NCBI GenBank assembly: GCA_965221775.1
Contig: CBDCSU010000005.1
Span: 1,024,001-1,088,000 of the forward strand
Source: Candidatus Latescibacterota bacterium
GTDB lineage: Bacteria; Latescibacterota; UBA2968; UBA8231
Length of the DNA stretch: 64,000 bases
Direction of reading: 5' to 3'
The translations under genes and the position numbers were made by a program. A model generated the notes under the pieces. The model was not told the DNA's origin, made no database searches, and worked only from the letters and a program-made list of their open reading frames with translations. Positions 17,517-27,430 of this stretch are shown in pieces. Numbering within the stretch: position 1 is the stretch's first letter; every line of letters begins with the position of its first letter.

Positions 17517-18944
17517 TCAGGCGACGCCGGCCAGCGCCTCCCTCCCGAACCGCTCGACGGCCTCCAGGGTCTCGCGCACGTCCACCCAGGTGGTGGTGTG
17601 GTTGACGATGCACAGCCGGAGGGCAAAGGTCCCGTGAAGACTGGTCGATGAAATGAAGGCACGGTCGTCCCAGAACACGCGGGCCAGGACGGTCTTGTTG
17701 ACCTCGTTCAGCACCTCCTCATCGAGGTCGGTCTCCGCGGGCCTGACCCGGAAGCAGACGATCCCCAAAGACGCGGGATTCGCGATCTCCAGGTCCGGAC
17801 TCTCCCGGACGTAGCTCTCGGCCCGGGACGCGAGCTCCATCCCCCGGGAGACGGCGCTTCGGAAGGCGGCCATCCCGAAGGTCTGAATCGACACCCAGAC
17901 CTTCAGGGCGCGGACCGAGCGGCTCAGCTGCAGGCCGCGGTCGGAGAAGTTCGGGTGATTGGCGCCCCATACCGTGTCCTGCAGGACATCGTGCTTGACC
18001 GCGAAAGCCCGCTCCAGCGCGCCCAGTTCCTTCACCAGGAGGAGGCCCGCCTCGTAGGGCTGGAAGAACCACTTGTGGGCGTCGAGCCCGATCGAGTCGG
18101 CGCGCTCGATTCCGCGCAGAAGCCCCTTGCCTTCCTCCGTCACCATGGCGAAGCCCCCGTACGCGGCGTCCACGTGCAGCCAGACTCCCTCGGCCTCGCA
18201 GAAGTCGGCCATGGCTTCGAGGGGGTCGATCGCCCCGGTGCTGGCCGCACCGGCGTTGGCGCATACCGCGATGGGGTGGAACCCGGCCGTGCGATCGTCG
18301 GCGACAGCGCGCGCGAGGGCCTCCACGTCCAGGCGGAAGCGTCGGTCCACCGGGATCATTCGCACGCACTCCGGGCGAACGCCGACGATCCGCGCCGCGC
18401 GGAGGTGGGCGCTGTGGCTCTGGTCGCTCATGTACACGGTCGCGCCCTCGGGGTGGCCGGCCTCCTCCCGTGCCGCGACGAAGGCATCTACGCTGGCCGC
18501 CGATCCCCCGCTCGTGAAGAGCCCGCCCGCGGTCTCCGGGTAGCCGACCCAGCGCCGGACCCAGTCGAGGACGACCAGCTCGAGCTGACTCGGACCGCTG
18601 GAGGTCAGCCAGGTGCACTGGTTGACGTGATAGCCGGCGGCCATGAAGTCGGCCAGCACTCCCGGCCAGGTGGGCGATGAGGGGATGAACCCGAAGAACC
18701 GGGGGTGATCGATCCGCGCCGCGACCGGCAGGATCTGTCGGGCGGCGTGCTCCAGGACCTCCGCCGCGGGACGGCCGTTCTCGGGCGGGTCCTCCCCCAG
18801 TCGGGCCTCCAGCTCCTGGCGGAAGTCTCCCTCCCAGGCGCTCTCCTCGGGCAGGCTCTCGATGCGCTCCACGATGAGCTCGGCCGTCCGTTGGGCCAGT
18901 TCGAGCATCGCCTCGGGAGGCATTTGCAGACCGTCGTCTGACAC
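17517..18944 (-). CDS. Group II PLP-dependent (aromatic amino acid-type) decarboxylase
   Basis: HPRFFGFIP, TSGGS, WLHVDAAYGG, DAHKW PLP lysine. Confidence 0.93.
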   Translation of the reverse strand: MSDDGLQMPPEAMLELAQRTAELIVERIESLPEESAWEGDFRQELEARLGEDPPENGRPAAEVLEHAARQILPVAARIDHPRFFGFIPSSPTWPGVLADFMAAGYHVNQCTWLTSSGPSQLELVVLDWVRRWVGYPETAGGLFTSGGSAASVDAFVAAREEAGHPEGATVYMSDQSHSAHLRAARIVGVRPECVRMIPVDRRFRLDVEALARAVADDRTAGFHPIAVCANAGAASTGAIDPLEAMADFCEAEGVWLHVDAAYGGFAMVTEEGKGLLRGIERADSIGLDAHKWFFQPYEAGLLLVKELGALERAFAVKHDVLQDTVWGANHPNFSDRGLQLSRSVRALKVWVSIQTFGMAAFRSAVSRGMELASRAESYVRESPDLEIANPASLGIVCFRVRPAETDLDEEVLNEVNKTVLARVFWDDRAFISSTSLHGTFALRLCIVNHTTTWVDVRETLEAVERFGREALAGVA

Positions 18945-19127
18945 CAGCTGCTCCTCTTGGAACCGGCCGCGTCACTCCGGCGAGCGGTCCATCGAGGACC
19001 GGCATGCGCGCTCGTGCTCGGGACGGATACTTGGGGTGGAGCGGACAAGGTAGCGAATCCGGGGACATGGAGGCGAGGCTCCGATGTTTGCACCATGGCA
19101 TGAGATAGGGTACTATCGGCACTAGTC

Positions 19128-19823
19128 ATGAATATCATGAAAGGTGGCGCTATGGCCAGCCAGTACGAAAAACTCTCCTTTCTCCATCTCCGGTCCGACG
19201 AGGTCGAGGAGCTGCCGGCGGGGCTCAAGGAGAGGTTCGGAACCAGGTTCGAGTCGGCGGACGAGTGGATTCTCCTCGGCACCGCGGACCGACAGCTTGC
19301 CAGGCTGGCCGATCACGTGATCCGGGTCCTGGCAATGAAGGGGGCGGAAAGCGCCCGCGATCTCAGCGAGCGCAACATCGAGCAGTTGGTCGATTTCCTG
19401 CTGTCGCGTGCCCCTCATGCCGATGTCGAGACCGACCTCGATATCGACAACGTCCAGCTTCGTGCCGACTACCTGGAACGAACTTCGGTATTGACGGCGG
19501 CCGAAGTCCGTGCCGCGTCCGACCTCAGGCCGCGCAACAGGAGCGAACCGGCATCGCGCTGGAAACGGGAAGGCAGGATCTTCGCGGTGCGCTGCCAGGG
19601 CATCGACCGCTACCCCGCGTTTCAATTCCAGGACGGGGCGCCGCGTCCCGCGATCAAGGACATACTCGCCGCCCTTCCCAAAGGGACGACGGCATGGCAG
19701 ACGGCGCTGTGGTTCGCCTCCGGTAATGGCTGGCTCGACGGCGCCGAACCGCAGCAGCGACTGGATGACGGCGATCAGGTAGTCCAGGCCGCCAGACGAC
19801 TCGCCCAGCCCGCGTTCGGATAA
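19128..19823 (+). CDS. Xre/MbcA-like antitoxin
   Basis: ASRWKREGRIFAV...YPAFQF...WQTALWFAS.NGWLDG.P; immediately upstream of the RES gene; start may be 19152. Confidence 0.82.
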   Translation: MNIMKGGAMASQYEKLSFLHLRSDEVEELPAGLKERFGTRFESADEWILLGTADRQLARLADHVIRVLAMKGAESARDLSERNIEQLVDFLLSRAPHADVETDLDIDNVQLRADYLERTSVLTAAEVRAASDLRPRNRSEPASRWKREGRIFAVRCQGIDRYPAFQFQDGAPRPAIKDILAALPKGTTAWQTALWFASGNGWLDGAEPQQRLDDGDQVVQAARRLAQPAFG

Positions 19824-19832
19824 GGGCCGGCC

Positions 19833-20471
19833 GTGGAGTCTCTCCCAAGGCCCCCGGCCGTCCTGGCGAAACCCAATCTCACCCTGCTAGAGGCCGGGGC
19901 TCAGTTGCATCGTGTCCACGACCGGGGGCTCGCCCCGAATGCCTTCAACCCCTGCCAGGGCGGCCCCACACGCTTTGCCCCCATCCGGGACGGCAACGGG
20001 CGGTGCGTTCCATCCCTGTACGCCGGCAGGACACTCGTTTCGGCCATCTACGAGACGGTCTTCCATGACGTGCCGGCCGCGGTGGAGCACAAGACCGTGC
20101 CGAGATACCAGATCCACCGCCGGTCGCACGGCACGCTTCAACTGCGGCGCGCCATCCGCTTGGCCAATCTGCGCGCTGCAGACCTCAGGAAGTGGAACGT
20201 CACGCGAGCGGACCTGATAGCCAGCCCGCCGACCTGCTACGGCCGGACGGTAGAGTGGGCCCGGGCGATCCATGGTCGGTTCCCGGATGTAGAAGGGCTG
20301 ATCTGGACCTCGAACCAGTGCGACCCCGATGACGTTCTCGTTCTTTTCGGGGACCGTGTGGCCGAAGCGGACCTCGAAATCGCAGCGGTTCGGGACGGTG
20401 GTTCGGATGCGTCGTTCCTGGAGGACGTGCGCGTCGCCGGTGAACGGGCCGGGATCCGGATCACGGTCTGA
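19833..20471 (+). CDS. RES domain toxin (NAD+ phosphorylase family)
   Basis: LHRVH...FNP...RF.P...LYAG...AIYETVFHD...GLIWTS. Confidence 0.88.
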   Translation: MESLPRPPAVLAKPNLTLLEAGAQLHRVHDRGLAPNAFNPCQGGPTRFAPIRDGNGRCVPSLYAGRTLVSAIYETVFHDVPAAVEHKTVPRYQIHRRSHGTLQLRRAIRLANLRAADLRKWNVTRADLIASPPTCYGRTVEWARAIHGRFPDVEGLIWTSNQCDPDDVLVLFGDRVAEADLEIAAVRDGGSDASFLEDVRVAGERAGIRITV

Positions 20472-20512
20472 GGGGCCTTCGTGGCCATCTCCCCTCCGAT
20501 ATAGGAACTCCA

Positions 20513-21124
20513 ATGGACAAGACCGCCCGAACCTCCGAACCCATCCACGCCCTGCTGAGCCAGCGCTGGAGTCCCCGCGCCTTTGCCGACCGCCCGGTGG
20601 AGCCAGCCAGGCTGGTCGCTCTGCTCGAGGCGGCTCGCTGGGCTCCCTCCTCCTACAACGAGCAGCCCTGGCACTTCCTCCTCGCCCCCAGAGACGACAC
20701 CGAGGCCTTCGACCGGCTCGTGGGCTGCCTCTCACGCGGCAACGCCAGCTGGGCCGGCAAGGCCCCGGTGCTCATGCTGGCGGTGGCGCAGCTGGTCGAC
20801 GAAGACGGCGACCCCAACCGTCACGCCTTCTACGACGTGGGTCAGGCCGTGGCGCAGATGGCCCTCCAGGCCCTCGACCTGGGACTCTACATGCATCAGA
20901 TGGCCGGCTTCGACGTGGAGAAGGCCCGGCAGGTCTTCGCGATCCCGGCCCGGTTCGAGCCCGCCGCAGCGATCGCCCTCGGCTACCTCGGGGACCCGGC
21001 CGATCTGCCTGAGCGCTACCGCGAGGGAGAGGCACGGCCACGCAGCCGCAAGGCCTTGGCCGAGTTCGTCTTTGCCGGCCAATGGGGACAGACGACGTCG
21101 CTGGTCCAAGCGGAGTCGCGCTGA
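20513..21124 (+). CDS. Nitroreductase family protein
   Basis: RWSPRAF, EAARWAPSSYNEQPW, HQMAGFD. Confidence 0.95.
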   Translation: MDKTARTSEPIHALLSQRWSPRAFADRPVEPARLVALLEAARWAPSSYNEQPWHFLLAPRDDTEAFDRLVGCLSRGNASWAGKAPVLMLAVAQLVDEDGDPNRHAFYDVGQAVAQMALQALDLGLYMHQMAGFDVEKARQVFAIPARFEPAAAIALGYLGDPADLPERYREGEARPRSRKALAEFVFAGQWGQTTSLVQAESR

Positions 21125-21153
21125 GGATCGCCGTCGGCCGTCGGGATCGCGCG

Positions 21154-22053
21154 CTACAGGCGCTGGGCGACCTCCACGGGCAGGCCGTCCCCGGCGTCGA
21201 GGGTGATCGACCGGATGGGCACGCCGAGGGCCAGATCGCGCTCCGCCGGCGGTCCGGGGTGGCCCGTCTCCCTGGCCAGGGCGTCCACGTCATCGGTCCA
21301 GAGGCCGAAGGAGCCCACGAAACCGCGGCCCAGGCGGTCGGTGTTGGCGCCGTTCTTCGGAGCGCCCAGCTCCATGTCGCACATGCCGGCGGCGAAGACG
21401 TTCTGCTCGTGCGTGGCGCTCTCGGAGTGGTGGATGACGGGCAAGCCCAGCTGGTCGCCGTACAACTCCTTCCCCCTCGCCATGTCCGGACACTGCATGG
21501 CCATGTGGTCGAAGCCCTTGATGAGCCCGCCCGTGGAGAGGTTGGCGATCCTCTGCTTCTCCCTGCGCCGCTCCTGGTTGTGGAGGGTGGGATCGATGAT
21601 CTCGGATATCTGGATGGTGTATCCGTTGGGGTCGACGAACTCCAGCAGGCTCCTCTGCATGTAGGCGTGGTTCATCGGCTGCACGCTGGGCCCGTCCTTG
21701 GCGCCGGGAGACCAGGCGAAGCCGTCCTTCAGATGGGACCATGCGTGGAAGTTGCCCTCCACGTAGAAGGACCAGTGGCCGACGGAGCCCCAGGCCTCCT
21801 GCATCCTCTCTCCCTCGGGCGGCTTCATGGGCGCGGTCTCGTCCTCGCGCAGGACGAGGAAGGAGTCTCCCACCTGGAGGACGGCCTCGCGGTGGCCGCT
21901 CCCGGAAGCGGCGCTGTCGACCCACTCGCCCCTCTCGTTGAGCACCGCCGTCGTGTTCTGCAGCTCCGTCAGGCCGAGGTTCCTGCCGTAGACCTCCCTG
22001 CACTCCTCCAGGAGGCGCGTCCGCATCTCGATGTACGCAATGCCCGTTATCAT
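21154..22053 (-). CDS. VOC/glyoxalase family protein
   Basis: FVDPNGYTIQISE, GFDHMAM...LYGDQLGL; two-domain VOC pattern. Confidence 0.8.
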   Translation of the reverse strand: MITGIAYIEMRTRLLEECREVYGRNLGLTELQNTTAVLNERGEWVDSAASGSGHREAVLQVGDSFLVLREDETAPMKPPEGERMQEAWGSVGHWSFYVEGNFHAWSHLKDGFAWSPGAKDGPSVQPMNHAYMQRSLLEFVDPNGYTIQISEIIDPTLHNQERRREKQRIANLSTGGLIKGFDHMAMQCPDMARGKELYGDQLGLPVIHHSESATHEQNVFAAGMCDMELGAPKNGANTDRLGRGFVGSFGLWTDDVDALARETGHPGPPAERDLALGVPIRSITLDAGDGLPVEVAQRL

Positions 22054-22078
22054 TTTGTGGCCCCCGCGTTGACCGCGT

Positions 22079-22663
22079 CTACCATCGTCCTTTGAGCCGG
22101 CCCCAGGACTTTCCCGTCACCGCCGTGCCAGCGGATTCCGGGTAGAAACCGGAGACCACGACGACACCCTGGCCGAAGGCGGAGAAGGGGACGGCGTAAC
22201 CCACCTTGGGCGAGCCGGTCTCCTCGTCCCCCTCTATGGCGGGATTGTCGAAGAGATAGTCGACGTAACCGCCCCCCTTGGCCGCCGCGGCGAGCAGCTC
22301 CTGGATGAATTTGACCCCATTGCCGTACTCGAAGTCCCACAGGCTTACGCCCTCGAGAGCCTGATTCGCTCCGTGAAAGGCGATGGTGCCATCGGGAAGC
22401 AGGACATAGATGTAGATCTCCCCCTGCCTCCAGCGTCCCTCGACCCGGAACTCCTCCAGAATACCCAGGTACTCGGCCACGGTCGTGGCCTGCCCGGCGT
22501 ACGCCACCGCCGCGTGGACAAACTCCTTCAGGGTTTCCCGGTCCACCACGTCCGCCGCGGTAATCTCCGAGTCCTGGGCGGAGGCGGGATGGGCGGCCGG
22601 CCCGAGGGCGGCCAGCGCCAGGATGGCCAGCGCCAGGATGGTTGCTGCTGTCAGAGGCTTCAT
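22079..22663 (-). CDS. Secreted single Cache-domain protein, paralog 2
   Basis: Signal peptide; IYIYV...FHGAN...NGVKFIQELL...GGGYVDY...PKVGY...SGFY; tail SWGRLKGRW. Confidence 0.85.
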   Translation of the reverse strand: MKPLTAATILALAILALAALGPAAHPASAQDSEITAADVVDRETLKEFVHAAVAYAGQATTVAEYLGILEEFRVEGRWRQGEIYIYVLLPDGTIAFHGANQALEGVSLWDFEYGNGVKFIQELLAAAAKGGGYVDYLFDNPAIEGDEETGSPKVGYAVPFSAFGQGVVVVSGFYPESAGTAVTGKSWGRLKGRW

Positions 22664-22681
22664 GGCTTCTCCTCTCCTTGC

Positions 22682-23251
22682 CTACAGTCGTCCTTTGAGC
22701 TGTCCCCAGGACTGTCCCGTCACCGCCGTGCCGGGGGATTCCGGGTAGAAGCCGGAGCCAACGACGACATCCTGGCCGAAGGCGGAGAAGGGGACGACGT
22801 AGCTCACCTTCGGCGAGCCGCTCTCTTCGTCCCCCTCTATCGCGGGATTGTCGAAGAGATACTCGACGTAGCCGCCCCCCTCGGCCGCCGCGGCGAGCAG
22901 CTCCTGGGTATACTTGACGCCGTTGGCGTCCTCCGCGTCATAGATGTTCTGGCCGTCGAGATCGGGATTCGCTCCGTGGAAGAGAAGGGTGCCGTCAAGA
23001 AGCCCGACAAAGATGTAGATCGATCCGTGCTTCCAGCGTCCCTCGACTCGGAACTCCTGCAGGAGACCCATGTACTCGGCCACGGTCGTGGCTTGCTCGG
23101 CGTACGCCACCGCCGCGTGGACAAAGTCCCTCAGGGTTTCCCGGTCCACGACGTCCGCCGCGGTGATCTCCGAGTCCTGGGCGGAGGCGGGATGCGGGGC
23201 GGTCCAGAGGGCGGCCAGCGCCAGGATGGTTGCTGCTGTCAGAAGTCTCAT
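22682..23251 (-). CDS. Secreted single Cache-domain protein, paralog 1
   Basis: Near-duplicate of 22079-22663; tail SWGQLKGRL. Confidence 0.85.
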   Translation of the reverse strand: MRLLTAATILALAALWTAPHPASAQDSEITAADVVDRETLRDFVHAAVAYAEQATTVAEYMGLLQEFRVEGRWKHGSIYIFVGLLDGTLLFHGANPDLDGQNIYDAEDANGVKYTQELLAAAAEGGGYVEYLFDNPAIEGDEESGSPKVSYVVPFSAFGQDVVVGSGFYPESPGTAVTGQSWGQLKGRL

Positions 23252-23434
23252 GGTTTCTCCTTTCCTGCCAAGATGGTGTTCGACCTGTGAATCAGAGGGA
23301 CGGGGGGATTCCAGGCAAGGGGTGGAGGGCTCGGCATCCATCCACGGCCTGTCTCGGGGAGGGATGCCCTTCGCGGATTACCTGGACGGAATCAACGAGG
23401 TATACGGGAGAGATATGAGAGATCGGCCCTGTAC

Positions 23435-23629
23435 ATGACCATTCGGCTGAACTGGCGGATCATCCAGGCCCCGATGCGCCTGGTGGACTACGTGGTGGTC
23501 CACGAGTTGGTGCACCTGCGGCACCGTGGCCACGGGCGGGACTACTGGCAGGCCCTGGGGCGGATCATGCCGGACTATGAGCGCCGGCGGGAGGATCTGC
23601 GGCGGCAAGGGGTGGGGTTGGCGTGGTAG
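23435..23629 (+). pseudogene. C-terminal fragment of a YgjP/DUF45 (M48-like) metallopeptidase
   Basis: IRLNWRII.AP...DYVVVHELVHL...HG..YW..L..MPDY; the N-terminal part of the family protein is absent. Confidence 0.8.
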
Positions 23630-25253
23630 GGGAGTGGTTGGCCGGCACGATCGTCACGTCCACCTCGTCGACGACGATCGGGTCGGGGTCCGGCACCGCG
23701 CCGGCGTCCACCATGCCGGAAAACAGGAGCGTCAGCGTGAGATCGTTGTCGCCGGGCACCACCAGTCCGGGGGTCAGGTCGATGACGACGGTGGTGTGCG
23801 GCGGCAGCGGCCGGCCCGCCTCGGCCGGGCGCCCCTCGCGGTGGTACACGCGGCGGAGCTGATCGGCGGCAACCTCGGTCCCGTTGAGGTGGACGGCGAT
23901 CCGGTCGGCCGGTCCCAGGCCGACGGCGCGGAGGAACAGCGTGGCGCTGGCGGCATCCCCCACCTCCTCGAACAGCCGGAACCGGTAGCTCGCCGACGGA
24001 CGGCCCGGCTCGCGCGGCAGAACCAGCTTCCGGTCCTTCATCGTCCCGCAGACGTTGGTGCCGGATGGGCTGATGCCGTGGTAGCCGCCCCACATCGAGC
24101 GGTAGGTGTAGTGACGGACGCCGCCTGCCACGCGCTCGGGGTCGCGCGCCTCTCGCAGCAGGCGGAAGGCCATCGGCCAGCCGGTCTCGGCGCCGCGCCG
24201 GCCGGAACGGAACCCGCCCCAGTGTTTCTGGAAGTTGTAGACGGACATGCCGTCGGCGCCCTGCTGGCGCAGGGCATGGGCGAGGGCGCGGTAGTTCTCC
24301 GCCGTCGCCGGCGGGCCGAAGCTCTCGCGCGAGCAGCAGTACGGCTGCACGCCGGGGTAGAGCCGGCACGGTGTCCCGGCGGTGAGGGCACGGAACTCCT
24401 CGTAGTCGGCGTTGAAGTTCGTGAAGGCCGAGTCCATGGGGGCGACGAAGTCGACCAGCCCGCCGCCGATCCATGCAGGCACGTCCAGCCCGACGGCGTG
24501 ACAGTCCTCCAGGGTCTCCGGCACCAGCACGCCCAGCTCCAGCCGCCGCCCGCGCTCGCCGCCATGCTCGTCGAGCATGGCGCGCAGCCGCTCGATCAGG
24601 CCGGTCATGAGCGGCTGCCGCTCGCGGGCCAGGCTCCGGTCGCCGCCGGGGGCGGGGAAGTACAGGCCGTCGCGCATGGTGAGCAGGACGCCGTCCACGT
24701 CGAAGCGCGACACCACCTCCGCGACGACCGAGTACAGGTAGTCGCGCACCTCGGGGACCGTGAAGTCCATCCGGTTGCCCGGCAGGAAGGCGCCGCCGGG
24801 CGGCACGTCGGTGATCTTCCACTGCGGGTTGCGGTGCAGGAACATGCCGCCCTGGTCGGGCGCGCCGTGGTTGTCGTTGACCCGGAACCCGGCCACGAAG
24901 CGCATGCCGCGCTCCCGGCAGCGCTCCAGCATCACCCGCAGCGGCATGATGCCGTCGTCCATCATCGGCAGGAACCGCCGGTGCTGCGGGCGCGCGTCGT
25001 ACTCGAAGCCCTCGGAGCGGAAGTACATGGTCCAGCCGGCGTTGTAGACCTCCTGCACGAACACGTCGGCGGTGCTGGTGGCCACTCGGTCGATGAACGT
25101 TCGGAGCTCTTCCGGCTTGGCCGGGTGCGAGGTGATCAGCGGGCGGGCGTCGCCCGGGTCGAAGTCGTAGTTGGCCACGTTGGACGGATCGCTGACATAG
25201 ACCAGCTCCCAGTCCCGCGGCGGCCGGGTGTCGGGGGGCTTCGCGGCGGGCAT
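23565..25253 (-). CDS. Family 10 glycosyl hydrolase-like (GHL10) TIM-barrel protein
   Basis: AGFRVNDNH, MDFTVPEVRDY, FDVDGV, GLDVPAWI..GLVD, GADGMSVYNF. Confidence 0.75.
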   Translation of the reverse strand: MPAAKPPDTRPPRDWELVYVSDPSNVANYDFDPGDARPLITSHPAKPEELRTFIDRVATSTADVFVQEVYNAGWTMYFRSEGFEYDARPQHRRFLPMMDDGIMPLRVMLERCRERGMRFVAGFRVNDNHGAPDQGGMFLHRNPQWKITDVPPGGAFLPGNRMDFTVPEVRDYLYSVVAEVVSRFDVDGVLLTMRDGLYFPAPGGDRSLARERQPLMTGLIERLRAMLDEHGGERGRRLELGVLVPETLEDCHAVGLDVPAWIGGGLVDFVAPMDSAFTNFNADYEEFRALTAGTPCRLYPGVQPYCCSRESFGPPATAENYRALAHALRQQGADGMSVYNFQKHWGGFRSGRRGAETGWPMAFRLLREARDPERVAGGVRHYTYRSMWGGYHGISPSGTNVCGTMKDRKLVLPREPGRPSASYRFRLFEEVGDAASATLFLRAVGLGPADRIAVHLNGTEVAADQLRRVYHREGRPAEAGRPLPPHTTVVIDLTPGLVVPGDNDLTLTLLFSGMVDAGAVPDPDPIVVDEVDVTIVPANHSPTTPTPPLAAADPPAGAHSPA

Positions 25254-25258
25254 CGTCG

Positions 25259-27430
25259 TCACTCCGGCGTCCAGGTGGTGGCGTGGACGCCCTGGTCGCG
25301 GGCGCCGGCCCACAGGGTCAGCACGCGGCCGTCGCGCAGCAGCACCGAGCTGGTGCGCGCGTCCATGGTGTGGTAGGCGAGGATCCAGGGCTCCGGGTCC
25401 CACGTGCGTCCGCCGTCGGGGCTGACCAGGGCGCGGGGACCGCCGACGGCGTCCTTGTGGTCGTAGGTCAGCACGACGCGGCCGTCCGGCAGCCCCACGG
25501 CATCGGCGGAGACCATGTGCATGCGGGTGACCAGGAACGGGGTGGTCCAGTCGTAGCCGCCGTTGGCGGAGAGCATGATCGCCTCGTTCTTGTAGCGGCC
25601 CGGTCCGACCCGGTTGAGGGACGGGGCCGGCCAGGTCTCCTTGCCGCCGCCCTGCCCGGCGGGCGCGTCGAACAGGTCCGGGTGCAGGTACTCCCGCTGG
25701 AAGCGGGTCGCGCAGAGCAGCTCTCCCGACGGCAGCTCCAGCAGGTTCGACTCGCAGCTCCCGGGCGGCAGCACCGTCCAGTCGCCCCAGCTCCTGCCGT
25801 CGTCCTGCGAGCGCAGCAGGACGTCTCCCTCGTATCCGGCCTGGTGCGCGGCATCGTTCCAGGCGTTGCTGCAGAAACAGACCACGGTGCCGTCGGCGAG
25901 CTGCACGATGCGGCTGCCGTCGCCCTGGCCGCAGTAGCGCGTCGGCCGCGGCGCCAGCTCGGAGTCCGTCCACGTCCGCCCGCCGTCGTCGCTGCGCGCC
26001 ACGCGGGGCTCGCGCGTGGGCAACGTGCCGCGCTCCGGGTCGGCGTCATCGATGACCGCGGCGTAGCTCGCGAGGAAGGTGCCGGCGCCGGTCACCCCGA
26101 AGCCGAAGACCGCCGGGTCGCGTCCGGACAGCGGGATCTCGGCCACGAAGTCCCACGAGCGGCCCTCGTCGGTGGAGCGATGGATGCGGCAGTCGCGGCT
26201 GGAGTAGACCAGGCTGCCGTCGGGATGGCGGCAGACGACCACCCCCTTGGCGCCGGCGCCGGCGAAGTAGCGGTGCTCGGCCGGCACGCGCCGGCAGGCC
26301 GTCATCTCGAAGTTCTCGACGTAGTCGCCGCCCTCGTAGCGGTCATCTGGGCGCATGCGCACCATGCCGTTGTCCAGGTAGCCCCGTGCGTCGACCCGGT
26401 CGCTCCACAGGTTGGGGTAGACCAGCGGCGGTTTCTCCAGGCCCTCGGGGGTCCAGCGCACCACGCCGACCGCCGGCCGGCGGCCCCACTCGTCCATGCC
26501 GGGGCCGTAGATGGTGGGCGCATACGAGCCCAGCGCCGGGCCGCGGTGGAAGGCGGAGACGATGGCGCCGTCCGCGGTCACCGCCGTGGCGGCGCTCACG
26601 CCCGCACCGGCCAGCACCGGTCGCGCCTTCTCGCGGATGGCGTAGCGGCTGAGGGCGAGGACGTAGACCTCGTCGCCCCAGGAGGTGCCGGCGCCGTCCT
26701 CGGGGGCTGAACCGACGACCGCACGCGCGCCGTAGGGGAAGTGCGGCTGGCCGTAGCTGAGTACCAGGCGGCCGTCGGGAAGCTCCGCCAGCGGTGCGGA
26801 CAGCGGCGCGAATCCCTCCGGCACGTTCCAGGTGGCGCCGCCGTCATCGGACTCGCCCAGGGCGATCTCGCCGGCGGCGCCGCCGACGGGGGCGACCAGC
26901 CGGCCGGAGCCGAGCTGAAGCGGGTGGAGCGGCCCCCATCCGGCCGGAAGCCCGGCCGCCGGTTGCCACGCCGCGCCGCCGTCGGTCGAGCGCAGGATGC
27001 GGCCCGGCAGGCACAGCAGCAGCGCGCCGTCGGCCAGGGCGGTCAGGCAGGCGCGGGGCGGGTCGGACAGTTCCGCGTCCAGGGCGGCGATCACCTGCCA
27101 CGGTCCGGCGGGCTCGCCGGCGCTGACGATCAGCACGGCGCCGCTCCCCTGGATGGCGGCGAGGAGCGTCCCCTCCCGCCCGGCGGCCAGTGCAAGCACG
27201 ACGCCACCCGGCGCCGCGGGCGTTGCCAGGTCGGCGAGCTGCGACCACGTCACGCCGCCGTCGGCGCTGCGCGCCAGTGATCCGCCGCGGCCTGCGAGGA
27301 CGAGGTCGTCTCCCTGCCGGCAGAGCAGCGGATCGGCATCGCCGAAGAGCACTTCCTGGCGCTCGACGCGCAGCCGGCGGTAGCGCAGCACGTGGTCGTC
27401 GCCGTGATCGGACTCGAAGCATTCCTTCAT
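25259..27430 (-). CDS. BNR/Asp-box repeat (sialidase-like) protein
   Basis: Many S.DGG.TW Asp-boxes; ATG at 27430 overlaps the upstream stop. Confidence 0.85.
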   Translation of the reverse strand: MKECFESDHGDDHVLRYRRLRVERQEVLFGDADPLLCRQGDDLVLAGRGGSLARSADGGVTWSQLADLATPAAPGGVVLALAAGREGTLLAAIQGSGAVLIVSAGEPAGPWQVIAALDAELSDPPRACLTALADGALLLCLPGRILRSTDGGAAWQPAAGLPAGWGPLHPLQLGSGRLVAPVGGAAGEIALGESDDGGATWNVPEGFAPLSAPLAELPDGRLVLSYGQPHFPYGARAVVGSAPEDGAGTSWGDEVYVLALSRYAIREKARPVLAGAGVSAATAVTADGAIVSAFHRGPALGSYAPTIYGPGMDEWGRRPAVGVVRWTPEGLEKPPLVYPNLWSDRVDARGYLDNGMVRMRPDDRYEGGDYVENFEMTACRRVPAEHRYFAGAGAKGVVVCRHPDGSLVYSSRDCRIHRSTDEGRSWDFVAEIPLSGRDPAVFGFGVTGAGTFLASYAAVIDDADPERGTLPTREPRVARSDDGGRTWTDSELAPRPTRYCGQGDGSRIVQLADGTVVCFCSNAWNDAAHQAGYEGDVLLRSQDDGRSWGDWTVLPPGSCESNLLELPSGELLCATRFQREYLHPDLFDAPAGQGGGKETWPAPSLNRVGPGRYKNEAIMLSANGGYDWTTPFLVTRMHMVSADAVGLPDGRVVLTYDHKDAVGGPRALVSPDGGRTWDPEPWILAYHTMDARTSSVLLRDGRVLTLWAGARDQGVHATTWTPE

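Noticed and set aside
19126-19140. TCATGA-ATA-TCATGA palindrome
   Set aside because: Probably an ordinary TA autoregulatory operator; too short to support further claims.
22079-23251. Cache duplicate as a possible DGR template/variable repeat pair
   Set aside because: Both copies are intact ORFs, the differences are not adenine-specific, and no reverse transcriptase is present.
23252-23434. Intergenic region checked for a riboswitch or ncRNA
   Set aside because: No recognisable conserved RNA motif by eye.
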